DNA of 42,428 nt. Source: Phoronis australis (lineage: Eukaryota; Animalia; Phoronida). Under the pieces are notes generated by a model. The model was not told the origin of the DNA. It searched no databases and worked only from the letters and a program-made list of their open reading frames with translations. The DNA lies in NCBI GenBank assembly GCA_002633005.1, contig NMRA01001182.1, positions 1 through 42,428 of the forward strand, read 5' to 3'. Below, piece after piece: positions 1-12,500 of the stretch (its first letter is position 1; every line of letters starts with the position of its first letter). The translations under genes were made by a program, and so were the position numbers.

Positions 1-153
1 TGGGGTCTTTGTAAGGCCCCCAGGGGTCACACCCAGAGTGCAGACAACGGCAGACGTCCATTTCTGTACATACTGACGTGGACTTTAAATGCTCCCGTGG
101 TCAGATGTTGGTACCTCGTTCATCTATGCTAAGTGCTCTGGGCTGCCGGTCTA
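1..153. mobile_element. Right terminus of a second copy of the same foldback element
   Basis: Near-identical to 4682-4834 and inverted to 3234-3387; ends GGGCTGCCGGTCTA. Confidence 0.85.
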
Positions 154-1968
154 TACTTGTACACACGGTTCTCCAATAAATCACTTAGAGTGAAGGTTGC
201 TACAAATGTACACATGTTTAATGAGACTTTAATCCACATCCACAATTTGATATTGCATAATATTGTGGGAGGATTTTGAGCTTTGTGCTGCGTGTGAATT
301 CTACGAATGGCGACGGTTGCTGGGTCTGTAGTTACTGTAAGAACGCTAGCCTTCGAGACTTTGGTCCGCTTTTGTTCGGACATAGGCTTTTTGACATATC
401 TACTGTTTTGATGAGGGGAGCTAAAATTTTGAAGGAGATTCAAATATCCTTCTGGCACCTTGAATTTTAAAGAAAACCTTGCTCGTCGACATCCATTTTT
501 CACCTGGTTTTAGGATTTCTTGGGGATAGTGGGCGACGAGGCGACGGCAACGACATCTTCATAATGGTTTCAGATGTAAAATTTGCACTAAATCTCGACT
601 AATCCCCATAAGTAATTTTTTCAAGGAGAGTTGCTTTCGTTGAATAAAAACTGAAACAAAAATAAGTTCATAATACTTGATTACTGCGAGTTAAATTTGC
701 AATAAGTTTTAACAGACGACTAACAAAAACGTTGTATAAAGAAAACCAGGAATGACGCCCACAGTTCTATGGGGATGCATCGCAAAGATCGAGCTTTCTG
801 AGGCTTGAAGAACATTTACCTACTGGGAAGGTTACAAACCATAGAACTTATTAATCGTTGACGACTCCATTTCTGGTGTAAACTGAAATGTCCGGCTTGT
901 TACCGAGTTTCCAGTTCTACAGATATCTACAATTACATCCATAACCAACCAAAAAAGGCGCTTTTGGATTGGACTCGTTGAGACATCCTGCAAAGTTGGA
1001 TATTAGTATTTTGTAAGCCTATTATCGTGTTTCTTCTCTGGTGGGTTGTTTATAACTTAGAGTAGCATGCGTGTTATTTTCGGATATTCAGATTCAGTTT
1101 TTCTTGTAAAGTGTTGACAAATTTTGTCCTAGTTCCGTTGGGATCGTCAAAGTTGTGTTGATAACCAAGGAGATCCATGAAAATTTACTGTAGAAATAAA
1201 TCATTATTCGACAATTTTTGTTTTGAAATTTCGCCAATATACTCCATTTCTGGAAAACTCCAAACTACGGTATTTGTGTCAAGGTGTGGTAAAAGGGTTG
1301 TGTAAGTCCCGGTAGGTATTGTGTTTTGGTATTAACTGTTTTGTTTTTTGCAACAACTGGTATTGTTTCGGTACTTTGATTCCCTGAATATACAGGTGTT
1401 GCGTTTCACCTGATGTGTTTAAAAGGAAACCCGAGATTTGCATCATGTTCTGATATCCTGAAGCTCGACCACTAGTATCCTGATGGTCTATTATCAGCCT
1501 TTCTTTAGAGTACTGTGATTGCTCACCTTTGTTTATAGGTGTGTAAGTGTCATCGCCAACGATAAACTTTTATTCCCAGGGCCTAGAGGCACTATTTGAA
1601 AAAAAACCGGTATGGAAGTTAGAAACCCAGAGCAACGCACATCTTTATGAATCGCAAAAATACACTGTAGGTCAATCGACAAATCGCAGCGAAGTCAATA
1701 AAATATGTGCCCGCCGTTCTCCGGCTTGACAATTCCAAACCAGTAAACAAAGTCCACACACCAAAAACGAAATCGAAACGATGCACACAGTCATATAAGC
1801 CTCATGTTACAATACATGAGAGACAAATATCGAACCTTATGAGCTGCAGTCCCTTACCAACCCTAATATGACACTTTGAACTTCACTTTCCCTGGATCCG
1901 TTTTGTCCAAATTTCCAACTTGTAGATCGTGTCATTTCAGCACGTTTGAGACCAATTGTTATTTGTAG

Positions 1969-2753
1969 GCGAAAGCGAATGAAAGACGGCTGAAGGCACG
2001 GAAGAGAAAATGGAGCAACAAATGTTACACAAAGAAGAAAGAATGCACAGGGCGTTGGAACGGGCAAAGGCAGACCCGAAGAAGAAGGTTGGTGGATATA
2101 GAAGGAGTGAAACGATCGTGTCTATTTTTCCTATGCACACTGAAAACTGATGCAAATTCCCCAATCATGATTTGCATAATGAAAGCTTCGGAGTTTCTTC
2201 CAAGAATCGAATTGATGCTTTAGACCACTTGCCGCATAAAATTGGTATCGACTTGTTCATTTATGGAATGAGAAGTGATTTCTGGGTTCAATATTTGCCG
2301 ACACTTTTTATTCCTTATGGCAATGTCGGGCCCTTAAACTGACGGACAAATTCATGGCAAATAGTACAACATTGTCTTGATCAACAGCGACCATCTTTAG
2401 TTCTTTCAAAGTCCTGAAGCTAGCATTTCACCAGCTTTATTCTTTAAATTCCAGCCTTTATCACATGTACCATCATCAACGTGGTTTACCCTTTAAACTT
2501 CCTTCTGGACAGCTGTTGCTCTTATAGACTCACCGGTGTGTCTAGTAACGCCTGTGTACAGTCATCAAAAATAGTTTGGATGGAACCTTATGATTTCCCG
2601 GTGCCCTTGTTGGCACATGCTGCTTCTTTCTCGTTCTGGACGGGTAAGGAACTTGTGACACGTTCCGAGCCACCTAAGCTCAAGAAGAAAGATGATGGAA
2701 GAGCGGAAAGGGCCAACCATGAAGAAGAAGAGTTGGCTTATTCCTTTACATAA
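1969..2753 (+). pseudogene. CFAP100: Decayed 3' fragment (last two exons) of a CFAP100/CCDC38-family ciliary gene
   Basis: Exon 1969-2087 reads AKANERRLKAR/EKMEQQMLHKEERMHRALERAKADPKKK with a 1-bp frameshift (119 bp). Exon 2640-2753 reads TGKELVTRSEPPKLKKK...EEEELAYSFT* and is preceded by GG instead of AG. Both resemble the CFAP100 C-terminus as I recall it (ERRLRLREEK...RARARAQA..KKK.GR.LV.RS.PP...EEEELLFFFT). Confidence 0.75.
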
Positions 2754-3233
2754 TTCATTCACTATTCGGGAATGCTTGACTGTAATGTTTTCCAGGAGTA
2801 TGGCTTGTCTCATGAGTTGCGTAATGTTTCTACATTCCTTCTCCATCAAGTATGGCTACCAGTGATCGCCTCCTAAGACATTTTTATTGTAAATGTTATG
2901 CGAAGTGACATGTTTGTGTCATATATGATCTGTACGGTAGCTTATAAAATAAATTATATTAAATTATGTTTAAGTGAAAGGTATGTTTTATCCAAAGTTA
3001 TTTTTACTTAATCTAATTTCGTTACTGTTTCTCGTAAAATTTTGTGAGGTGTCAACTGCTTTTGAACGAATTGGTTACAAATTATAGAACCTTTCGCACG
3101 GTGCACCGTTAGATCTTACGGGGCTGAATAACCTCTGAAAAAAAATCATGAATGTCCAGAGTTTACACGTTGTGTGAACCTAGTCCAATTCACGTTGCCT
3201 CGTGATCGGAATCTCAGTCTTAATGACTGCAGA

Positions 3234-4834
3234 TAGACCGGCAGCCCAGAGAACTTAGCATAGATGAACGAGGTACCAACATGTGACCACGGGAGCATTT
3301 AGAGTCCATCTCAGTATGTACAGAAATGGACGTCTGCCGTTGTCTGCACTCTGGGTGTGACCCCTGGAGGCCTTACAAAAGGCCCAAAAATGAGCTACAC
3401 TATACATGTACAATCGAGGTACCAACCAAAACTGATTTAAAACGAACAATAGCACCGTAATGAACACGGAATGAGCCACGACAGACAAATTGCACCAAAA
3501 AAGAACCCCCCCCCCCCAAAATGAGCTAGCACATAATTCCAGGTACCACACAAAACCAACTGCATGTGATTCAATACATTTTACAAATCACTAAATGACC
3601 TCTGAAAGACAAAGTACACTCTGGATTGTGCCCTGCAGAAACCCCCAAAAATCTCAACCACCGTAAGCCATCAAAAATTTGAGCTAGACTAGATTTTCGA
3701 GGTACCAACCAAAACTGGTTTTAAACGAACAATAGTACCGCACTGAACACCAAATGACCCATGACAGACAATTTACACTCTGGAATGGGTCCGGAAGAAA
3801 CCAAAAAAGCCCCCCTCCCCCCAAAAATGAGCCAGTACATACATTCGAAGTACCACACAAAACCAATTACATGGGGTTCAATACATATCACAGGTAACTA
3901 AATGCCCTATGACAGACACAATACACTCTGGATACTGCGTGGCAGAAACCCCAGTACTTGAACTAGCAAGAGGGAAGATGCATGGACAATTGTATGTCCA
4001 TTTTTAAGGTACTTTCTGGGTTTCTGGCCGACTATTTCCAGAGTAAAATTTGTCTTTCACGGGTCATTGGCTGTTCACGAATGTTGGTTTCAAATCAGTT
4101 TAAGCCGATACCTTGAAAATCTAACTGTCTCAAAAATGGCATACCGTGATTGAGGTTTTTGAAGGTTTCTGCCAGGCACAATCCAGAGTGTATTTTGTCT
4201 GCCGATCATAGGGCATTTAGTGACCTGTTACTCGTATTGAACCTCGTGTAATTATTTTTGTGGTACCTCGAATGTATGTGCTAGCTCATTTTTGTGGGGT
4301 CATTTTTTGGTTTCTGTGGGACCCATTCCAGAGTGCAGGTTTTCTGTCATGGGTCATTCAATGTTCAGTGCGGTACTAGTGTTCGTTTTCAGTCAGTTTT
4401 GGCTGGTACCTTGAAAATCTAGTCTACATGTAGCTCAAACTTTGACGGCATACCGTGGTTGAGATTTTTGGGGGTTTCGTGATCTGTGACATGTATTGAA
4501 TCATGTGGAATTGGTTTTGTGTGTGCTAGCTCATTTTTGGAGGGTCATTTTTTGCTTTCTGCCTGAACCATTGCAGAGTGCAATTTGTCTGTCATGGATC
4601 ATTTGCTGTTGAGAGCGGTACTATTGCTCGTTTTTAATCAGTTTTGGCCGGTACGGCGAATATATAGTATAGCTCATTTTATGGGCCCTTTGTAAGGCCC
4701 TCAGGGGTCACACCTAGAGTGCAGACAACGGCAGACGTTCATATCTGTACATACTGAGGTGGACTCTAAATGCTCCCGTGGTCAGATGTTGTTACCTCGT
4801 TCATTTATGCTAAGTACTCTGGGCTGCCGGTTTA
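3234..4834. mobile_element. Non-autonomous foldback DNA transposon, Academ-like
   Basis: Long inverted arms (about 700 bp each), termini TAGACCGGCAGCCC...GGGCTGCCGGTTTA, 3-bp direct flank AGA (3231-3233, 4835-4837), internal ~290-bp subrepeats. Confidence 0.8.
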
Positions 4835-5310
4835 AGACTATCGTAGCACAGTCTTCATGATTATTCAGTTTTGTAAATTCGGAACAACTCATCTAAAACT
4901 CAGTGTGGTAAGTATTATTGCTTTCTGGAGAGGCTCAAACGTTTTTCTGTCGTAAACAGATGGATCTTCAAAACTTAATGCAAAAATCCGAATTTTTTGA
5001 CCGAATACACTGATATCATGAATTATTTAACAAGATATAATGTATTGGTATAAATGTATTAAAACACGGTATGAAATTGTTAGGCAGGGTAGAACACAAA
5101 TGAAAGTCAAGTTCATCCAGACTCGGCTTCCGTATCCATCGAACCATGGGATTCTGGTCGAGTTATGTTGAGCATAGGCCTAATACACGATCATAACTAA
5201 CACGTACATGTACAGAATAAGATAATGCATAGGGTGAAAAAACTACACGAAGAGAATATCCGACACACTTCAGATGTGCATATACGCACGCGTTACTGTC
5301 AGAAAACCTG

Positions 5311-5659
5311 TGAAGCGCCAAAGGGTTCTTGGAACGAGTACCTTTCTGAGTGTACCAATGCGCTTATATAATCTACGTTTACTTTTGCTTAGTCTATGTG
5401 TACTTATGCTTAATCTACGCGTACTAATGCTTAATTTACGCGGCCTAATTTAATCTGCACGTACTTTTACTTAATCTACGGGTACTCTTAGATGTTAAAT
5501 GCTCATTGTTCTGCTCTTAATCATGTTATTTGAGAGCACAGGCGTGATTGGACTATATGTGCTGATTAAAATTACGCGTAGATTAAGCAAAAGTACACGT
5601 AGATTAAGCACATTTGTACGTGCAGAAATGTACGCGCTTATGAACCCTTTGGCGCTTCA
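5311..5659. mobile_element. MITE-like palindromic element with ~22-bp internal subrepeats
   Basis: TIR TGAAGCGCCAAAGGGTTC / GAACCCTTTGGCGCTTCA; repeated ttaatctacg(c)gtac units, inverted in the right half. Confidence 0.7.
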
Positions 5660-6309
5660 TCAAAACGAAGGCCAAGCTTCTTGCTGAACGGAGCATTTCG
5701 CATGTAGCTGTCAATGTTGGATTCTTAACTGTATGTTCTATGAAGTCCAAATCAATACTACATTGACCTTATCTTGAAATTTCGTCTAATCAGACGGCAA
5801 CACGAATCCCATTTACTACACACATGGTTTTAGTGTTGGCCATTCCAAACATAATCTGACTAGTTTTATTGACTCGCTTTTGCATGTTTTTGGGGGACGG
5901 AAATAGAGTATTATAGCGGCAAGGAATACCATAAGTCCAAGTTTGTGAGAGAAAGGCCTACTTCGTGTTAAATGCAGAGTTAAATTTCCTTTGACCAACT
6001 CGTATTAGTTAAGTGAAGCTCGCAATTCATCTGTACACATTAATTAGCAGATTTGTCTGTTAGTCGGAAATCCTGAACTAATCAGCCGAAAGTACATCAA
6101 GGGCACACAATAACTGAAATCTATGCTTGTGTCGTATTAAATGAACGGGCCGTAAAGCACATGTATGCTGCCCTAAAAGTAATGGAAAATTATACTTCAA
6201 TTACAAATAATGGACACTGATTTGTTGAATTTCAGCTGACACCTTTACATTGGCGTGTACAATGTTAAGTTTTTCCTGTTCAAGACCTCCTTTTGAAGAA
6301 TGACATTTC

Positions 6310-6529
6310 CTAATCAGTTTTGCAGCTTTCGTAAGCATACGAGTTCACTGGTAAGTTTTTATTCAGGGTAGTTCTGTCGACACTGACGTAAGGTCGTTCC
6401 GCCGGACAATCCTCTACGCTGGAGTCCGCCAGTGTAGGCGTTATCAGTGCCTGAAGATGGTAGACCAACTCGGCAAACGACGGTCTATCAGTGGGATTGA
6501 GGAGCCAGCACTGTCGCATGATACTGTAG
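6310..6529 (-). CDS. RTK terminal exon: end of kinase and C-tail
   Basis: [22 protein letters not shown]...ERPYVSV...[10 protein letters not shown]; 220 bp. Confidence 0.93.
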
Positions 6530-9500
6530 CTGCAATAAAATAGTCAGTTAGTGGCAGGGAACTGTCATGGACCCTTTTTACTGCACAATTGCTCACACAT
6601 TTCACTGTAGAGGGAACTGTTAAAAGTAGTGCGTGAGATGAATACGGAAAACTTTATTTCATGGCCGCATTTCCCTCGACAGATTCAACGCACGTGGGAT
6701 AAAATACGATTTCGTTACCTTGCAAGCAAAACTTTAAGGAAGGGGTATGCGAAATGAAGTTTTAAGAATAAAATTTAATGTAAAAATCTAATTCCGGATC
6801 AAATTACATGTACAGCACGTAGCATGGAATTACGATGTTATTTTTTCTATAAAAGGTTGGTGTGGCTGGAACATATTTCATGCTTGCAGGTAAGTCGCAC
6901 TACAACGTTTTTAGGCACGTTTCTTTGCCTGAGACAACGCATTGTTGATAGATATTAGATTGCAAAAGTTGTCAACGAAATTAGTTCTTAGACAGATTAC
7001 GGTGATAATAGTTGTAAATTTAGGCCAATCAGACCTTTATGTAATCTGTAGCGGGTAAATTTCCAGTCTTAAGAAAATTAAAGGGATACTAAACCATATA
7101 TTGATTATTTGCACCCATGCTCTTTCTGTCACCTACTTATGCATCATTGGCGTCAATCTTCGAACGTAAACGCAGGAATCAATAATAAACTTATACTCTC
7201 TACATTACTGACTGGGCATCGTGATCTTTGGTGGGTGATCTATATCCACAAATGCCGTGTTATTTACTAAAAGCGCAGGCCACGATTGCTCGTTTAGCAG
7301 AATTTGAAAGGACTTTCCAATTTTTCACCATACTTCAGAAAGTTGTTGATGTTTACCGAGCATTATTTTATTTAACACAACGGAGTGGGAAAGTCGTTAT
7401 TATAATCTGTAAAAGTGCCAAAACCGCTTTTGGTATTCTTTTAATGGGACGGAGCAATGACATTTTCGTGTTAAGTTAGCCCGAAGGTGGTATATGTTCA
7501 AACAGATACATGCTAACGACTTGAATTGACTCAATAGCTGTCAAATGCACCAAGACTCATCTTGGAAGTGTCGTTATAACGACGTCTTTCTGAACTTTTA
7601 CGTTCATGTACATGTATTCAAAGGATGCATATCCATCTGATCAATACACAGTCTGGGCATTCAAGAAGTCTTCTAAAATTGTGTTGTGCAACTGCAAGTG
7701 TTGATATTTTTTCTCTGTTCCTTACAATGTCTTAACTTACACTCTCTTTGGACAGAACTTTGGCTGGGGAAGTCGTCTGTCATTTTCCAAATAGCTCTTA
7801 ATGTCCCAGTTGTCCACTTCCGGATATGGAAATACTCCACGTGTCAGAAGCTCCCACAAAACGATACCGTAAGACCACTTTAATAAAAAGATAGACTGAA
7901 GAAACATAATGCAAGTCATAAGATCATACGATCAGCTGGAAACACTGAGATGGACCAACTACGCAAAACACCCCGCCTCTAGAAAGGACCACTACTTTCA
8001 ACGAGCACGTGGGCAGGAACTGAAATGGAGAATCGCACAATAGGGAACTACGGAAGGCGAAGATTTTCCCAGGGGAGGCAGAACCTTGACAACTTTGAGC
8101 TCGTGCCCCTGTGAGTCATAGGGTTCGTTAGATTTATATCTATGTGCCTGTGATGGTGTAACTGAAAGGAGAGCGGAAGAACGTTTACATCTACGAAAAC
8201 GCGCAGTTTACAATTTAACTGCTTGCACTTTTTGAGGTTTTAGATCACATATATTACATTCATAGTATAAAATCTAACTAAACAAACACTTTGTTTGAGA
8301 AATAATTGAGGACTTTTAAATTTCAAAGAAACATTGAGGATTTGTTTGATTTTGCAACGTTATGTCACCTGTGCAGGACGTTGACCAGTTGACAGTACAT
8401 TGTAGATATGCAAAGGCGGAGATTATTGATTTTGTAAGTTACGAAGACTTAAAGAGCAAGCTTGACGAGCATTGTGAAGACAGATACGGAGATGGGACAT
8501 ACGACACTCAGGCCATAGGTGATACAGATTACAAGTCAAAGGCCGCCATATCGGCAGACTTTGCTTGTTTGAGGCCGTACGATCTCGACCCTCCCGCACC
8601 GGCATCTTCATGGAGTGAAGCTGACCAGGAGCCTACCCTGTCTGCGGACATTTCTGATTTCAAAGCTGAAATTTCTGAGTTGTAATTAGTGCCTTCTAAA
8701 TTTCTAACCACCATAGTGACGAATGATATATGTTGCTAACTGCAAACCCTAAAGACATTTTTACCCTGACAGTCAAAGCTCAGTCGCCAGAATATAGCGG
8801 CAACTGATTTCTTTTCTTTGAATACCATCTGTCAGGAACGATAATATCTAAATGTCGTGATGCTAAGTCGCAAATGATACTCGTTTCTGTCTTGCCAGTT
8901 CCGAAATTATGAAAGATTTGAAGTGTGCATGAATGTGATTAGACTTCAACCTCTATGGCGGTTGCAGTAGTAACCTGAAACTATTTGCGTGGTATCTACA
9001 TTTCATTGTCTACAACTGGGCATTTACGTATATCTGGATAGCATATTTTGCCAAAAAAAATCTTGACCACGAATATGCTGATGAGAACTTGCATTTGCTT
9101 CAATCACATTCATTGTCTCAGCCACAATTTGATGCTGAAGCTCATGCCGGCTCAATGTGTGCCGGACAATTACGTTTCCAGCAATGGTACAGTACAACTC
9201 AAATTAACCTTTTTGTGAAGTCAAATGCACATTCACGTTGGAGAAGCCTACATCAAATCTCCATTTCTTCGACAGATGAAGCACGATTCTGCAAAATTTG
9301 TTGAACACAGCGTGGCTACTGAACTGATCACTTGATCAACTGCGTAGTGACATAGCAGCGTCCGGTGCAAGAGCCAGTTGCATTTCTGGACGATCTTAGG
9401 GTTTTTTAGAAACGCACAAAACATATTGTCCATCTAATGGCTATTACTGCATTATCAGTAGTACCTTTTCGTAATACTTAGCTAAGACATCATTAGATTC

Positions 9501-12500
9501 TTTTCCAGACCATTCCGGCCTGCGGCAGGTGTAGAAAAACATAATGGCAGAGACCGGACTTCCACTTATGACGTAAGGCAAAAAGTCTTTTTTCTTATTT
9601 TTGTGCTTATTTACAAGTTCACATTGAAGAAGAAATGCTTAAAAAAATATCATAATTGTTGCTAACACAATGCAAGCAATTAAGACCACGGTGTACAGTA
9701 AAGGGTTTAAGGTTTCTTGATGGTGCTCAAGATTTTTGTGGAGAGACCCGTAAATGTTTTCTGCCTGTGAGATAGGGTTCTGCTCCAAAATCTAAAGCCA
9801 TTGGTGGTCTCGATGACCACTCCAAAACTCAGGGAATGTTTCATGAAATTTCCGTAACAAGCAATGTACTAATTAAACATTACTAAAAAATATACTCCAT
9901 TTAATATGCGGTGTTCAATGTACGGTTGCATGAAATTGTGCCACATTCACGTAAAGAATCAACTGTCCCCTGATTTTAGTGAGTATTTATGAACCTATAA
10001 ACAACTGGCAGTCATTTTGCATGATATTAAAATTCGTTACAAAGTCAATTTTTAACTTTTATACAAATGGACAGTTTATTCCAAGTTGAATCCTCAATAA
10101 AATTCAACATGTGTGGGGATCTTTTCATGTAACGTCCCAAACTTAAGGACTAAGCAGCCATTGTGTTTCATTGTTACTTACATTATTAGAAAATGCCGTT
10201 AATCAAAGAAAAGTAAAAATAAAATAATAGGAAAGTATTTCATCTGTGTGTATAGAACGACAAAAACACATAATAGGCTTAAGAATCATACTTCCTTCTG
10301 TAGTTGGGACTGTTTCACACAACCAGAAACCAGCAGTTCAACCCACTCTTGACACACGGTCAAAACAAAATGCTAAACGGCGCCGCCAGTGTGAGTTCCT
10401 AAACAACCAATTGTAAATCCTAGAAGCGCCGCTGTCTCACGCCACTGAAGCCTACTTAAGTGCAACCATGTTCGAAGCAAAAGGTTTCAAGCGCGGAAAG
10501 TTTGCAATGAGTTTTGACAGGATACACTTTTCGTTAATTGAATGTAAACTTAACAGATAACTGTAAGGTCACGTCTACTCACCACGTCCGATTTTGTGGT
10601 ATACACTCCTTCAGTTAGACTTTCCAAAGCCATCCACTTGACCGGAAGTCTCGCTTTTCTGTCTTCACTGCTGTAGTAGTCACGTTCGTATACATCACGA
10701 CTGAGACCGAAGTCAGCCACCTTTACCACATAGTCGTCGCCAAGCCTGAACATATGAGGTCATCATGTTGACGAAAGAACAACGCCATTTACAACAAAAG
10801 ATTGGGATACATACCTAGCTACGTGATATCGACGAATATGAAACAGTTTAGAACACAATTAACGAGGAAATGACTCAGGAACTAAGCGTGCAGGCGTGGT
10901 CCACATTTTAGCCGCTTGCTGAAAATCCGAAACTGTCCAATAAATTTGCACTTGCTCAAGAACTTGATTGCGGAAGGAAAACCATTTAAAAATATATTGA
11001 TTCTTCAATCAAAGACTGGTTTATCGAGTTTACCTTAAAATACACTGGTGAAACTAAAACAGTATTCCGAAACCGCACGGGGACCTGTACCAACGCAAAG
11101 GGTTTATTCAGGACTGTTCTAAAGCTCCCTCGACCCCAAGGGCCTACATCCCCATCGACTCCTGACCCTCTCGACCCATAACCCACATCCATGACCAACA
11201 ACCCACGAGCTGCGGCAACAGAGGAACCTTTGAGCATTTTTACATTGTCATGTCATAATCTTGACTTTCTAAAACCGCTCTGAGGTGGTGGCGTCTTACA
11301 ACTTAAAACCTCTTGGTCTATTTAAACTGAACTTTTGTCTATTTACATCGCCACGACGCCTCCGTCCGTCTATTATCCGGTGTTCCCGCGTTCTTAGAAG
11401 AAGAAGCACGGATATGCGGTACACTTATCGTCGTGGCAATGTAAAGAGACAAGAGGTCGGTGAAAGTAGGCCGAGAAATTTAAATAATAGATGTCATAAT
11501 CCTATTACGTCGCTGAGTAACTTTCCTATAAGACTTAGGACTTGGTCTGATCGCGTTTTTCTGTGTTTGACTTTCTACCTAACTGAATCGACTATATTAA
11601 TAGGAAAAAACAGGGAAAAGCCAGCCATATTCGTTGGTCCTGCAAATCAGTGCTTAGACTGCTCAAATCAAGTCGAGTTTGTGTAAGCTGTACTCTGTCG
11701 TGGGTTGAGGGGGTCGTGGTCGAGGGGGTTGTGGGTCGAAAGGGTGGAGGAGATTTTAGAGCAACCCATTTATTCACGCTTGGTCAACGGTGCACCTGGC
11801 TGTTACCTCAATATTTGCTTCTACAACACGAATTGGATTCAATATTGAGTGGCACTTACCATACCAACTGCCACAATGGAATTAGAACAGAATTTGTCCT
11901 TGCTGTGAAAAAAGCTGCGTTGATTGGCTGGTTAATAACTCAAACCAGTTAAGCCTTTTGTTCGCATATTATCGGTCACGTGACTTTCCTTACGGTGTTA
12001 GGATTCTATTTCTAGGTCTAACTCAGGCCACAAGCAATGTACGAATTTAGGTTTACCAACATGAAATCCGAAGCATTTCATTCATGACTTCACTTTTCTC
12101 AATTGTTGGCAATGAAAACAGAAATTTATCAAGCCACTTGTAAACAGCGCGGTGTCGTTGCTGCTGACCGCTGCAACATCAGAAAATTGAGTACAACATG
12201 TTTGAATCGATTTTTGAATTTTGGCCACCAAAACGAAAAGCAGCTTCAACTATGACGTATGCACCTAAGTACACATGTACCCTTACAGGTTGTTGAAAAT
12301 ATTAGAACTTGCCACTTAGTGATTTCACACTTAATCAATAGGTTTCGGTACTGTGACGCATACTGTAATCGTGCACATTTGCCTGAGGTTTTGTATTATA
12401 ACAGAAGGATATACTGTGTATTTCAGTGTGGACGAACTCGGGAGTTTGATGACAAAACGGACTCCTTAGAAAATCAACAAGTTCGAGCTTTATATGTCGT

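Noticed and set aside
3390-4680. Recurrent motifs resembling a repeat-spacer array
   Set aside because: Transposon subrepeats in inverted arms in a eukaryotic context; not CRISPR
5865-5870. Minus-strand AATAAA about 440 bp past the RTK stop codon
   Set aside because: Plausible polyA signal but not distinguishable from chance without transcript data
7078-7140. ttaaAGGGATACT, a Kolobok-like terminus
   Set aside because: No matching opposite end found
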